DNA of 64,000 nt from Bacteroidaceae bacterium (lineage in GTDB: Bacteria > Bacteroidota > Bacteroidia > Bacteroidales > Bacteroidaceae). The stretch lies in assembly GCA_045220575.1 (NCBI GenBank), contig JBGUVX010000032.1, positions 4,055 through 68,054 on the forward strand, written 5' to 3'. Under the pieces are notes generated by a model, which saw nothing but the letters and a program-made list of their open reading frames with translations, was not told the DNA's origin and did not search any database. This document shows, one piece after another, positions 1-9,008 of this stretch. The position numbers and the translations under genes were made by a program. Numbering within the stretch: position 1 is the first letter of the stretch; the number at the start of each line of letters is the position of its first letter.

Positions 1-1721
1 GCGAAGAAGGCGTAGATGGGAATCTTGGCCGTGCAGGACATGAAGGGAGTGAGCAGGATGGTCATGCGGCGGTCGCGCTCGCTCGGCAGCGTGCGGCTGG
101 CCATGACGCTGGGCACCGAGCAGCCAAAACCGATGAGCAGGGGCACTATGCTGCGGCCCGAGAGTCCCAGACGGCGCAGCAGTTTGTCAGTGACGAAGGC
201 TATGCGAGCCATGTAGCCCGTGTCCTCAAGCATGCTGAGGAAGAAGAACAGGCAGACAATGAGGGGCAGGAACACCAACACTGTACCCACGCCGTTGTAG
301 ATGCCGTCGATGATGAGCGAATGCACCGCAGGGGCAATGTTCCAACTGGTGAGTGCCTGGTCGCTAATCTCCGTGAACCAGTCGATGCCCGTCTGGAACA
401 GGTCTTGCAGCCATGCGCCGACGGAGGAGAAGGTGAGGTAGAAGACCAGTCCCATGATGAGTACGAACGACGGAAGGGCCGTCCAGCGACCCGTCAGGAT
501 GCGGTCGATGCGGCGGCTGCGGATGTGCTCGTGGCTCTCCCGCGGCTTCACTACGGCCTGACGGGTTACGGCCTCGATGAACTTGAAGCGCATGTCGGCA
601 ATGGCAGCCTGACGGTCGAGCCCGCGCTCCTGCTCCATCTGCACGACGATGTGCTCCACCGTCTCACGCTCGTTCTGCGTCAGCCCCAGCGCCTCAGCCA
701 CCAAGGCGTCGCCCTCTGCCAGTTTGCAGGCAGCAAAGCGGGCTGGGATGTCGGCCCGCTGGCAATGGTCCTCGGTCAGGTGCATGATGGCGTGCAGACA
801 GCGGTGTACGGCACCTCCGTGGTCGTCGGGGTGGCAGAAGTCCTGCCGCTGCGGACGTTCCTGATAGCGGGCGATGTGCAGGGCATGGGCCACAAGTTCG
901 TCCACACCCTCGTTCTTCATCGCCGAGATGGGCACCACAGGCACTCCCAGCAGGGCCTCCATGCGGTTGATGCGCACCGTGCCCCCGTTGGCCTCCAGCT
1001 CGTCCATGATGTTCAGCGCCACCACCATCGGCACGCCCAGCTCCATCAACTGCAGCGTCAGGTAGAGGTTGCGCTCGATGTTCGTGGCGTCAACGATGTT
1101 AATGATTGCCGTGGGGTGCTCGTCCAAGATGTAGCGGCGGCTTACCACCTCCTCGCTCGTGTAGGGCGACAGGCTGTAGATGCCCGGCAGGTCGATGACC
1201 TGAGCCTCGGGGTGACCCTTGATGGTGCCGTACTTGTGCTCCACCGTCACACCCGGGAAGTTTCCCACATGCTGGTTGGCCCCCGTCAGTTGGTTGAAGA
1301 GCGTGGTCTTGCCGCAATTCTGGTTTCCCGCCAGCGCAAAGGTCAGGCGCTGGGTGGCAGGCAGCGGCTTCGCATGCGCCTCCGGCGACTCGTCGTGGTA
1401 GTGGCCGCCCTCACCCAGTCCCGGGTGCTCTATCTGCGACTGGAACTCCGCCTCGTCCCCCTCTTCACCATCAACCTCTAATCCTTCACCATCAACCCTT
1501 AATCCTTCAACCTCTATCTCCCCTGCCTCGGCAATGCGCAACGTCAGTTCGTAGCCGTGGATGCGCACCTCCATCGGGTCGCCCATGGGCGCAAACTGCA
1601 CCAGTGCCAGTTCGGCACCAGGTATCATGCCCATGTCCAGCAGATGCTGGCGAAGGGCACCCTCGCCGCCCACAGCGACAATGCGTGCCCTTTGTCCTAT
1701 TTTCAGTTCACTCAGTTTCAT
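1..1721 (-). CDS. feoB: Fused FeoA-FeoB ferrous iron transporter (N-terminal ~573 aa; C-terminus lies beyond the window start)
   Basis: My own minus-strand translation from the ATG at 1719-1721 gives MKLSELKIGQRARIVAVGGEGALRQHLLDMGMIPG (FeoA-like). A linker follows, then LTFALAGNQNCGKTTLFNQLTG (G1), DLPGIYSL (G3) and membrane segments. The ORF runs off the window, so it is absent from the ORF track. The + ORFs 321-1481, 649-864 and 874-1065 are its antisense shadows. Confidence 0.9.
   Translation of the reverse strand, partial: MKLSELKIGQRARIVAVGGEGALRQHLLDMGMIPGAELALVQFAPMGDPMEVRIHGYELTLRIAEAGEIEVEGLRVDGEGLEVDGEEGDEAEFQSQIEHPGLGEGGHYHDESPEAHAKPLPATQRLTFALAGNQNCGKTTLFNQLTGANQHVGNFPGVTVEHKYGTIKGHPEAQVIDLPGIYSLSPYTSEEVVSRRYILDEHPTAIINIVDATNIERNLYLTLQLMELGVPMVVALNIMDELEANGGTVRINRMEALLGVPVVPISAMKNEGVDELVAHALHIARYQERPQRQDFCHPDDHGGAVHRCLHAIMHLTEDHCQRADIPARFAACKLAEGDALVAEALGLTQNERETVEHIVVQMEQERGLDRQAAIADMRFKFIEAVTRQAVVKPRESHEHIRSRRIDRILTGRWTALPSFVLIMGLVFYLTFSSVGAWLQDLFQTGIDWFTEISDQALTSWNIAPAVHSLIIDGIYNGVGTVLVFLPLIVCLFFFLSMLEDTGYMARIAFVTDKLLRRLGLSGRSIVPLLIGFGCSVPSVMASRTLPSERDRRMTILLTPFMSCTAKIPIYAFF
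1463..1520. repeat. 21-bp (3x7) tandem repeat inside the feoAB linker
   Basis: CTTCACCATCAACCTCTAATC / CTTCACCATCAACCCTTAATC / CTTCAACCTCTATCTC. It encodes EVEGLRVDGEGLEVDGE in frame. Confidence 0.85.
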
Positions 1722-1800
1722 GACCGCAAAATTACAACATTTCGCGCGTCCGTGCAATACCCTATACTGGGTATTTTCAAAACCACAGCCCCGTGCGTAC

Positions 1801-2766
1801 TCAGCGCATGAGCTGCGACACATCGAAATGACCGTCGATGGTGCGAATCTCCACCTTGCCAGCCATGACGTCGAAGAAGAAGTCGCGGATGCGTTCGATG
1901 CTCAGCGTCACGGGATTGCCCTTGGCATCCTTGCCCATGTCGTAGCTCTTCAGCAACTGAGGCCCCAAGGCGGCAGCCGTCAGCAGGAAGTGATTCTGGA
2001 ACTTGTCCGTGTCGATGAGGTCAGCAGCCAGCACCTTGCCCACTACCGAATAGCAGCGCAGGGTCTTCTGCACCTCCTCGTCGGTAAGTGACGACTTTAG
2101 TTCGTCGGCATCCACATCCATCTCTATGCGGCCTGAGTTGGCAGACTGTTCCACACCACGATACAGGGCACCGAGGTCGGCCAGCGACAGATTGAAGAGC
2201 CTTGCCCCGGGAGCCACAGAAAGTTTCTCGATGGAGAAGGCACTGGGCAGCAGCAGATGGTTGGTGCCCGCAATATGAACGTAAGGCGCATTGAAGGTGC
2301 CTACGACGCTTCCCGTAATGTCGATTTGCTGGGTAGCAAACACACCGCCGATGACGACACAGTTCTCCAGCGTCACGTCGTCGGCATAGATGCTTCCGGC
2401 CACGAAGGCATTATAAAGCGTCACCTGCTTGGCATTGACGTCGGAGGCAAAAACGAGCTTACAGCCCGTAGCACGCGACGTTATCGAATTGGCAGAGCCC
2501 ACGGCCTTGCGGAAGGCGATATCGCCCGTAGCCGATGTGTTGACATACAGCTCCAGTTGTGTGAACACAGCTCCCTGCACCTCCAGCGGGCCGTTATTCA
2601 CCTCGAACTTGTGGGCATAGACGGCACCTTCAATGACCGTAGCCCCCTCGATGCTGATGTCGCGGTTCAGTTCGTCCACCTTCTCGGGCAGTATGCCACC
2701 CTTCACTCTGTTATTGTCCAGCTTCACGCCCTTTCCGTTGAAGCGCAATTCTTTCAGTTCTTCCAT
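1801..2766 (-). CDS. Hypothetical protein with a repetitive beta-helix (bactofilin-like) core; last gene of the six-gene operon
   Basis: The ORF track gives 1801-2787 from a TTG start. The first ATG (MEELKELRF) is at 2766. The central ~150 aa is a degenerate V/G/A/T-rich short-strand repeat (IEGATVIEGAVYAHKFEVNNGPLEVQGAVF...VTLENCVVIGGVFATQQIDITGSVVGTF). I do not recognise a family with certainty. Confidence 0.7.
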   Translation of the reverse strand: MEELKELRFNGKGVKLDNNRVKGGILPEKVDELNRDISIEGATVIEGAVYAHKFEVNNGPLEVQGAVFTQLELYVNTSATGDIAFRKAVGSANSITSRATGCKLVFASDVNAKQVTLYNAFVAGSIYADDVTLENCVVIGGVFATQQIDITGSVVGTFNAPYVHIAGTNHLLLPSAFSIEKLSVAPGARLFNLSLADLGALYRGVEQSANSGRIEMDVDADELKSSLTDEEVQKTLRCYSVVGKVLAADLIDTDKFQNHFLLTAAALGPQLLKSYDMGKDAKGNPVTLSIERIRDFFFDVMAGKVEIRTIDGHFDVSQLMR

Positions 2767-2806
2767 ATTTCTTGTGTGTTTTTTCAATAGGTAAATATGT
2801 CATATA

Positions 2807-3832
2807 TCACTTCACCCGCATGATGCGGTTTTTGGAAAACAGGTTGAGCATCATCTGACGCACCCGTTCGTCGTGGGCCGTCGGAGAAGCAAAGTGGCTA
2901 CCCACCTCGGCCTTGAAGTAGTTGGCCACACGTTCCTGCTCGGCATTGCTGACGGGTTCCCACTGACGATGCTCTATCTGGTCGCGCACCACTCCGTTAT
3001 CAATGGCGTTCGTAATGGCCTTCGGGCTATACAGGAAGGTTGACTTCACGCCGTCCTCCCCTACCCGCTCGGTCATCATCAGCGGTACGTAATAGCAGGC
3101 CTCGTCGCCTTGGAACATGTGGTGAGCAATGGTGCTTCGCATGTCGCGCTGACGATAAAGGTATTCACTGGCATGATGCAGCATTTCGGAAGCCTGATGC
3201 TTCAGCGTAGCAGACGACAAGTGAGCCTGCAACTTGGCTTCCTCACTTCCCGTCACTACAACGGTGCTCACCATGTCGCTGTCCGAACCCTTCTGTGCGT
3301 AGGCATCGGCTGTTTCGCGGAACTTGAACACAGGCAGGTCGATTTCGTGGATGCGGTTTTTCAGTTCGGCATTCAGCGTGTCGAACACCTTGATATAGCG
3401 CTGACAGATGCGCTGATAGTCGACGCCCATCTGGTTCTTCTTCTCCAGGCAGCGCTTGGTCTGCTCCACCAGATGCATGGCCAACGACTCCACTTCATTG
3501 GTGAGTTCGTTGATTTGCTGACTGATTTCCGAGCCGATGGTCTTGAAGAAACCGTTGATGATAGTGGATGCCACACGCTTGGAGTTCGAATCCACCGAGG
3601 CCACCTGAGCCGCTTCGGTAGCCGCAACGGCACCCGTCAGGATGTTCACCTGCTGGTTGCAACTGGCCACACTGTTGTCGAAGGGGTTGGTATCGACGTG
3701 CACATTCACGTTCACGACCTCTGTCGCCGTACCGCTGTAGCTCTTGGTTCCGCCAGTCTGCGAGGCAGGATAACTCACCGTACCCGAATAGTGGATGGTG
3801 ATGGTTTTACTTACTGTTCTGGTATAACTCAT
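2807..3832 (-). CDS. Hypothetical protein, paralogue A of a tandem pair
   Basis: 341-aa ORF whose ATG overlaps the stop of the upstream gene (ATGA at 3829-3832). It aligns by eye with 3829-4758 over ~130 aa (VDTNPFD...INGFFKTIGSEISQQ...GVDYQRICQRYIKVFDTLNAELKNRIHEIDLPVFKFRE). Confidence 0.75.
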   Translation of the reverse strand: MSYTRTVSKTITIHYSGTVSYPASQTGGTKSYSGTATEVVNVNVHVDTNPFDNSVASCNQQVNILTGAVAATEAAQVASVDSNSKRVASTIINGFFKTIGSEISQQINELTNEVESLAMHLVEQTKRCLEKKNQMGVDYQRICQRYIKVFDTLNAELKNRIHEIDLPVFKFRETADAYAQKGSDSDMVSTVVVTGSEEAKLQAHLSSATLKHQASEMLHHASEYLYRQRDMRSTIAHHMFQGDEACYYVPLMMTERVGEDGVKSTFLYSPKAITNAIDNGVVRDQIEHRQWEPVSNAEQERVANYFKAEVGSHFASPTAHDERVRQMMLNLFSKNRIMRVK

Positions 3833-4758
3833 GATGCAGCGGTGTTGAAGGTTTCAAAACTATTCTTCTGGAACAGTGTGCGAGCCATCTCCTTCACACG
3901 GTCGCTGGCCTGGGAGGCAGAAAGCAGTCGGTTGAACTCGTTCTGAATCTCGCCACTAATTTCCCCAGTCTGCTTCCAAGGCAGTTCGTTCACTTGTTCG
4001 AGCACACGATTACGGGTTGCCGCCACGGCCTGTGGGGTAATGCCGTTGGCATTGGCCACCACGTTGGTGGTTGTGGCTCCCGAGCTGTCGATACACGCCT
4101 CCGATACGATGTTCGGCAACATGTACAGGGCACTGGGCTTCGAAGTCGGCAGGTGCAGCAAGATGCGGTTGGTCAGCTTCTTCTGGTTGGCCATACCCGC
4201 CAGGAAGGACGACATTGTGTCGATGACCTCCAAGGCATGATGCTTCACGTTGGAAGCGGCAATGCGTTGGCTCATGGTCAGCGACTCCAACTGTGAGAGG
4301 GGCACCGTCGAGGTCAACTGTCGCGGACGGTTGGAAATCAGTTCCAAGTCGCGCTCTGCAAAGTCGAACGTGGGACGGTCCAGTTCATAGACACGCTGCT
4401 TCAGGCTCTGATTCAGGGTGCCAAAGAGTTTGGTATAGCGGGCTGTAATCATGTTGTAGTCGTGTTCCATGCGCGTCTTGATGTTCAGCAACATACGTGT
4501 CTGCTGCTGCAACTGCATGATTAGCGAGTCCACTTGGCTGGTCAGTTTTGCCGTCTTTTGGGAAATCTGCGAACGGATGAGGGTGTAGAAACCACGGTTT
4601 ACGTTGTTGCAGACATGTTCGGCAGCATCGTTTTCGGCTTTTACCACAGCTGCCTTCATCGCCACGACAGCCGTGGTGGTACCCGTCACATGATGGGAGA
4701 TGGAGTTCATCTCACTGGCCATTGGATGGGTGTCGATTATACAATCTATATTTGCCAT
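3829..4758 (-). CDS. Hypothetical protein, paralogue B of a tandem pair
   Basis: 309-aa ORF with an ATG start. It shares a motif set with 2807-3832 (IDTHPMA...VNRGFYTLIRSQISQK...MEHDYNMITARYTKLFGTLNQSLKQRVYELDRPTFDFAE). The middle looks helical. Confidence 0.75.
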   Translation of the reverse strand: MANIDCIIDTHPMASEMNSISHHVTGTTTAVVAMKAAVVKAENDAAEHVCNNVNRGFYTLIRSQISQKTAKLTSQVDSLIMQLQQQTRMLLNIKTRMEHDYNMITARYTKLFGTLNQSLKQRVYELDRPTFDFAERDLELISNRPRQLTSTVPLSQLESLTMSQRIAASNVKHHALEVIDTMSSFLAGMANQKKLTNRILLHLPTSKPSALYMLPNIVSEACIDSSGATTTNVVANANGITPQAVAATRNRVLEQVNELPWKQTGEISGEIQNEFNRLLSASQASDRVKEMARTLFQKNSFETFNTAAS

Positions 4759-4803
4759 AGAACTTATCTTCTTAGTGCAGGGTTCAACATTCCGTTATCA
4801 CTC

Positions 4804-6921
4804 TCATGCCTTTTCTTCGTCGGACTCAGGTTCGTCACCTTCGGATTCGTCGGCCTCAGAGTATTCGGCTTCGGATTCGTCGACTTCCTCAGTCTCTGCC
4901 TCATCGTCCGTAATCTCAGCTTCGTCGTCTACGACCTCATCGCCTGCGGACTCCTCATCGAAGTCCTCTTCAGGTACATCCTCGGGCACGTCTTCGGGTG
5001 TCTCTTCCACTTCGTCAACAGGCTCTTCCTCGGGTTCCGGCTCCTCGTAACGACTGTTGGCAGCATCGGGATCGCCAGTTTGCAACATGGTATCAAGGTC
5101 CTCAAGTGCACGTTGGGCCAGTCCTGGCAGGTTCAACGAGAAGTGTTCGTAGGTGACATCGTCCACCTTGGGCTGCGGCAACAGTTGTGACGTACGTGCC
5201 AACAACGGGTTAGCCAGTGCCAACGGACGGCTGCGGTCGTCGAGCTCGTTGATGGCAGCAGGACTGGAAGCCACGGCTGCATCGTTGAAGTGCGAATCGC
5301 GCAACTTTGCATCGTAGTATTCGATATGTTCGAACTTCACGGCCTTCTGGTCGATGTCTTCCTTCAGGCGTTCGATGTACTCCTCGAAGTCGTCCTGCGT
5401 CTGACGGAACTGTGCCGACTTGGTCTCGAAGGTGGCAATGGTCTCTGCCGTGTTGTCCACGACATCCACCTTTGTAGCATCCAGCGACTGCGATTTCTGC
5501 ATGTTGGCCTCGGTCTGCTGCAAGGAGATGAGGGTATTGTAGGCTGCCACATATTCGCGCAGGGTTTCCTGCATCTGGCTGATAAGCTGCGAACTCTCGG
5601 CACGGTTGGCACGATAGAAGGCATCCGTGTCCTGATGCCACTTGTTCAGGTAGTCCAACTTCTGGTCGCGGATGTGGTTGTAAATCTTCAGGCGCTCGAT
5701 GCGGTTCTCGGCCATCAGGTTCTGCACCACGGGAGCCACTATCTCTTCGTATATCTGATGTACGCCGAAGGGCATCGTCGTCGTGGAACCGTCCTCTGCC
5801 GTCCACATGCCAGAGGCCATATTGAAACGGACGCGGCTGCTGGTACGCAGTTGGAAGGGTTCGTAGCCCTGCACGTCATCGCTATAGTCGAAGCGTTCCA
5901 TGCGGATTCGCTCTATCTCGTCGTGCTCGAGCATGGGGGAATAGTGGTTGTAGGGAGCCTTCAGAATTTGGTACAGCAGTTTGTTGGACTCCAGCACCAC
6001 CTTGTCCACTGAAGCCACTTTCAGCGACGATATGGCCTGCACCGAGCCTGCCATCGTCACCATCAGCTCCTTCAACACATCCTCGAACTGCTTGGTCTTC
6101 GTGGACAGCGAGTCCTTCAGGGCATTGAGTTCCTGGAACTTGTTGATACCCTTTTCGTAGCGCTGGTCGTCGAAGACCTTCAGCACGGCTGCGTCCTCGG
6201 GTAGGTCTTTCGTGGCAAATTCGTTCAGGAATGCCTGATAGTCGCTGTTTTTGCTCACGAGAGGCAGGGACACCGACGATGTATCGAGGTCGTCCATGCA
6301 ATAGGCGATGGTGCGTAACGAATGGTCGAGTTTCCCGAAATAGTCGTGCTGGTTGATTTCCTGAATAGAGGGTGAGTAATCAGCCGTCTCCACGGTCTCC
6401 GTGTCCTCAGAGGTCTCTACCAAGGGAGCTTCAGCCGACAGTTTCTCCAAATCGGCTATCGTCTCCACCAGAAGGTCGTTCTGCCGCGACATCTGCAACG
6501 TGACTTCCGATTCGGGAACGCTTCCCGTATAGTCCACGATGAAACTCTCGTCCTCGTACTTCACCTGATTGGCAATGGGGGTATAGACCACACCCATCTT
6601 CGTTATCTTGTAGTCACGGAATATCTCGTCGTGCTGTTTCTTGAACTCTCTGATGCGAGGTTCTATGTCATCGATTTGCTTCTGCAGTCCCTTCTTCTTA
6701 AAATAATAGAAGATGAAAAGGACGATTGTGTAGGGCCACCACCAGATTTTGGCGATTTCCTCTTCGATACGCTTCTTCTGTTTCTCCAGGTCGGCAATTT
6801 CTTTCTCTATCCGTTCCTCTTCCTGGACAATCTTCTGAGCCGACCTCATGTAATAGTCGAACAACAATTTAGCCTGATCTTGGTAAACATTCTCCGACTG
6901 AGCAAAAACTTTTCCCGTCAT
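4804..6921 (-). CDS. Large hypothetical protein: N-terminal coiled coil, one TM helix, long helical body and a ~70-aa polyacidic tail
   Basis: 705-aa ORF with an ATG start. Charged heptad-like N-terminus (EEERIEKEIADLEKQKKRIEEEIAKI), hydrophobic segment WWWPYTIVLFIFYYF, and a C-terminal E/D-rich tail (EEPEPEEEPVDEVEETPEDVPEDVPEEDFDEE...). I saw no P-loop or other catalytic motif. Confidence 0.75.
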   Translation of the reverse strand: MTGKVFAQSENVYQDQAKLLFDYYMRSAQKIVQEEERIEKEIADLEKQKKRIEEEIAKIWWWPYTIVLFIFYYFKKKGLQKQIDDIEPRIREFKKQHDEIFRDYKITKMGVVYTPIANQVKYEDESFIVDYTGSVPESEVTLQMSRQNDLLVETIADLEKLSAEAPLVETSEDTETVETADYSPSIQEINQHDYFGKLDHSLRTIAYCMDDLDTSSVSLPLVSKNSDYQAFLNEFATKDLPEDAAVLKVFDDQRYEKGINKFQELNALKDSLSTKTKQFEDVLKELMVTMAGSVQAISSLKVASVDKVVLESNKLLYQILKAPYNHYSPMLEHDEIERIRMERFDYSDDVQGYEPFQLRTSSRVRFNMASGMWTAEDGSTTTMPFGVHQIYEEIVAPVVQNLMAENRIERLKIYNHIRDQKLDYLNKWHQDTDAFYRANRAESSQLISQMQETLREYVAAYNTLISLQQTEANMQKSQSLDATKVDVVDNTAETIATFETKSAQFRQTQDDFEEYIERLKEDIDQKAVKFEHIEYYDAKLRDSHFNDAAVASSPAAINELDDRSRPLALANPLLARTSQLLPQPKVDDVTYEHFSLNLPGLAQRALEDLDTMLQTGDPDAANSRYEEPEPEEEPVDEVEETPEDVPEDVPEEDFDEESAGDEVVDDEAEITDDEAETEEVDESEAEYSEADESEGDEPESDEEKA

Positions 6922-6961
6922 GGCATTAGATTTAGGAGTAAATATTAAGGTTATTCAATCT

Positions 6962-7645
6962 TCAATAGCTCTGTCTGCGAGCCTTCACAAGTTTGTCGAG
7001 CTTGTCGAGCAGGTTCGAAACCTCTTCCTGTCTGCCGGCATCCAGCGAGGCATCCAGCGAGGTAACAAGCTGCAGGATGCGGCTCTCAATAGCGCGTGTC
7101 TCAGGATTCTCACTGGCCGAGGTATAGCGCAGATCCTCCTTCATGGCTTCGATGCGCTGACGCACGTTGATGTCGGCAATGTCGTGCTCCAACAACAACA
7201 TGTTAACGCTTTTCCTGATTTCCTCGAGCGAGCTGCGCATGGCTTCCTCGCGGGCATGCACACTGGCAACCTTATCATTCATACCGAAAACGCCCGAATA
7301 GCCCAAAGACAACAGTCCCAACAGGGCAATTTGGGCAAAAAGCTGTATGCTAAAGGACCATTCCAACTTAGCACCCAGAAAAATTACGGCAATGGCCAGT
7401 AGGGCATACATCCAGTTCACCGTCCAGCGCAATCCCAACGAGCCCACTTTACGCTGAGCCTTATCGGCAAGATTGAGCCAAGGTACGAAGATGTCTACAA
7501 AGAACAAGCCGTAGATGATGAGGGAGACCACGATGTCCAGCGCCAGCACCTTATCGGGCAGTGCAGGACGACCGAATAGCAGAAATGCTCCGACGATGGC
7601 ACCTGCTCCTATGAGACAGGCCAAAATGCTTAATGCTTTTCTCAT
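6962..7645 (-). CDS. Hypothetical 4-TM membrane protein with a C-terminal helical/coiled-coil tail
   Basis: The ORF track gives 6962-7699 from a GTG start that would overlap the upstream gene by 20 nt. The first ATG (MRKALSILACLIGAGAIVGAFLLFG) is at 7645. There are four hydrophobic segments followed by a ~100-aa charged helical tail. Confidence 0.7.
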   Translation of the reverse strand: MRKALSILACLIGAGAIVGAFLLFGRPALPDKVLALDIVVSLIIYGLFFVDIFVPWLNLADKAQRKVGSLGLRWTVNWMYALLAIAVIFLGAKLEWSFSIQLFAQIALLGLLSLGYSGVFGMNDKVASVHAREEAMRSSLEEIRKSVNMLLLEHDIADINVRQRIEAMKEDLRYTSASENPETRAIESRILQLVTSLDASLDAGRQEEVSNLLDKLDKLVKARRQSY

Positions 7646-7679
7646 AGCCGTATCAGTTATATGGATAAAATGTTTCGCT

Positions 7680-8969
7680 TTAATCGCGCTTTTTGCCACA
7701 TTTAGGGCAGAACTTCACATTTGCCGGCATGGGAGTGCCACAGCGGCTGCATACGAAGTTGGCCGTGATAATCTGTGCCCCACAGTTACCGCAGAAGGTC
7801 TGGCCTGGCATAACGGGCTGTCCGCAGTTGGGACAACGGTCCTGAGCCTGCTGCAAGGTGGCTCCGCAACTGACACAGCGGCGTGCGCCCTCGGCATTGT
7901 CTGCCCCGCAATTGGGACACGGATTATAGGGGTCGCCGCAGTAGGGGCAGAACTTGGAAGTGCTGGGATATTTCTTGGCACAGTTCGAACAATAGACCAT
8001 CCGCACCTGTCCTTGTGGTACCTGCTGGCCGTCCTGCACGAAACCCTGCTGCTGACCGCCGCCCTGACCGCCGAAGGTGGGTTGGTTGTACTGGGGGTTC
8101 ATCATTCCGGCTCCCATACCGGCGCCCATGCCATTCATCATTCCCAAGGCCATGATGCCGCCAAGCATGCCGCCGCCTGTGCCGCGTCCCATGCCTTGGA
8201 CAGCCTCTTGAGCCACGCCGAACATCTGCTCCTGCTGCCAGGTGCGTCCCGTTATGGACTGCGCACTCTGCTGCGATATGGCTTCGTGTACCTTGCGACC
8301 AGCTTCCGTCGAGGTGTCGATGTCGATGCCCGTCACATAGAACTTCGTCAGTTCCAGTCCTATCTCGCTCCAGAACGAACTTGTGGCTTCCTTGAGGTAC
8401 TGGGAGAGTTGGTCGAGGTAGGCCGAAATGGACTTGAAGCCCACATGGTTCTGCATCATGAACTGCACGATGCAGGATTTCGTCTTTGTCACAAACTCTC
8501 CGTATGCCTGGTCCGTAAGGTCGCTCTCCGTGAACGTGGCACGTGTACCCACCAAACGAACCAGGAAGCGTTCGGCATCCATCACCCTCAGGCCGTAGCG
8601 ACCACTGGCCACCAGCGGCAACTGGGTCTGGTAGTCGACATCCTGAATGGACATGCTGTCGGTAGTCCAGTCCAAATTGGCGGGCAGGATTTTGTTGACG
8701 AACCACACCTCGGCCATGAAGGGGTTCTTGCCCCCAAAGGGAATGCCGAAGAGGTTGCGTAACAAGGGAATGTTCTCGGTGTCCAGAGTGTACTTTCCGG
8801 GACCGAACTTCTGCAGCAGACGTCCCTTGGAGAAGAGCACAGCCTCCTGCGACTCCTGCACGAGCAACTGTGTCCATGTGGAAAGATTGGTTTCGGGATA
8901 GCGGTAGGCAAAAATGGTCTCTTCTCGCGAATCGCGGGGAGTCCAGCTAACTAAGTCAATTATAGCCAT
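7680..8969 (-). CDS. YdjI-like SPFH/Band-7-type protein with a Gly/Met/Gln-rich linker and four C-terminal zinc ribbons
   Basis: The track start at 8975 is TTG; the ATG (MAIIDLVSW) is at 8969. The architecture matches my recollection of B. subtilis YdjI / COG4260: an N-terminal SPFH-like domain, a low-complexity linker (GMGRGTGGGMLGGIMALGMMNGMGAGMGAGMM) and a C-terminal zinc-ribbon region. Here that region holds 8 CxxC pairs (CSNC, CPYC, CPNC, CVSC, CPNC, CGNC, CSRC, CPKC). Confidence 0.8.
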   Translation of the reverse strand: MAIIDLVSWTPRDSREETIFAYRYPETNLSTWTQLLVQESQEAVLFSKGRLLQKFGPGKYTLDTENIPLLRNLFGIPFGGKNPFMAEVWFVNKILPANLDWTTDSMSIQDVDYQTQLPLVASGRYGLRVMDAERFLVRLVGTRATFTESDLTDQAYGEFVTKTKSCIVQFMMQNHVGFKSISAYLDQLSQYLKEATSSFWSEIGLELTKFYVTGIDIDTSTEAGRKVHEAISQQSAQSITGRTWQQEQMFGVAQEAVQGMGRGTGGGMLGGIMALGMMNGMGAGMGAGMMNPQYNQPTFGGQGGGQQQGFVQDGQQVPQGQVRMVYCSNCAKKYPSTSKFCPYCGDPYNPCPNCGADNAEGARRCVSCGATLQQAQDRCPNCGQPVMPGQTFCGNCGAQIITANFVCSRCGTPMPANVKFCPKCGKKRD

Positions 8970-9000
8970 ATTCAATGTGTTTTTTGGTACGTAGCGGTCA

Positions 9001-9008
9001 CAAATCTA
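9001..9008 (-). promoter_or_regulatory. -7 box TAGATTTG for the six-gene operon
   Basis: The reverse complement of CAAATCTA matches the Bacteroidota TAnnTTTG consensus. It lies 32 nt upstream of the ATG at 8969. Confidence 0.55.

Noticed and set aside
321-1481. 386-aa + strand ORF, plus nested 649-864, 874-1065 and 1219-1401
   Set aside because: It is antisense to the clearly recognisable feoAB frame. The composition is His/Arg/Leu/Val-rich with no motifs, typical of a GC-rich shadow ORF.
3582-3593. GAGTTCGAATCC, a tRNA T-arm-like string
   Set aside because: It lies inside a CDS and there is no acceptor, D or anticodon arm context. I found no tRNA or rRNA gene in the window by eye.
7515-8762. 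415-aa + strand ORF, and 7924-8877 on the minus strand in an alternative frame
   Set aside because: These are shadow or alternate-frame ORFs over the YdjI-like gene. They are low-complexity Ala/Gly/His-rich with no recognisable domains.
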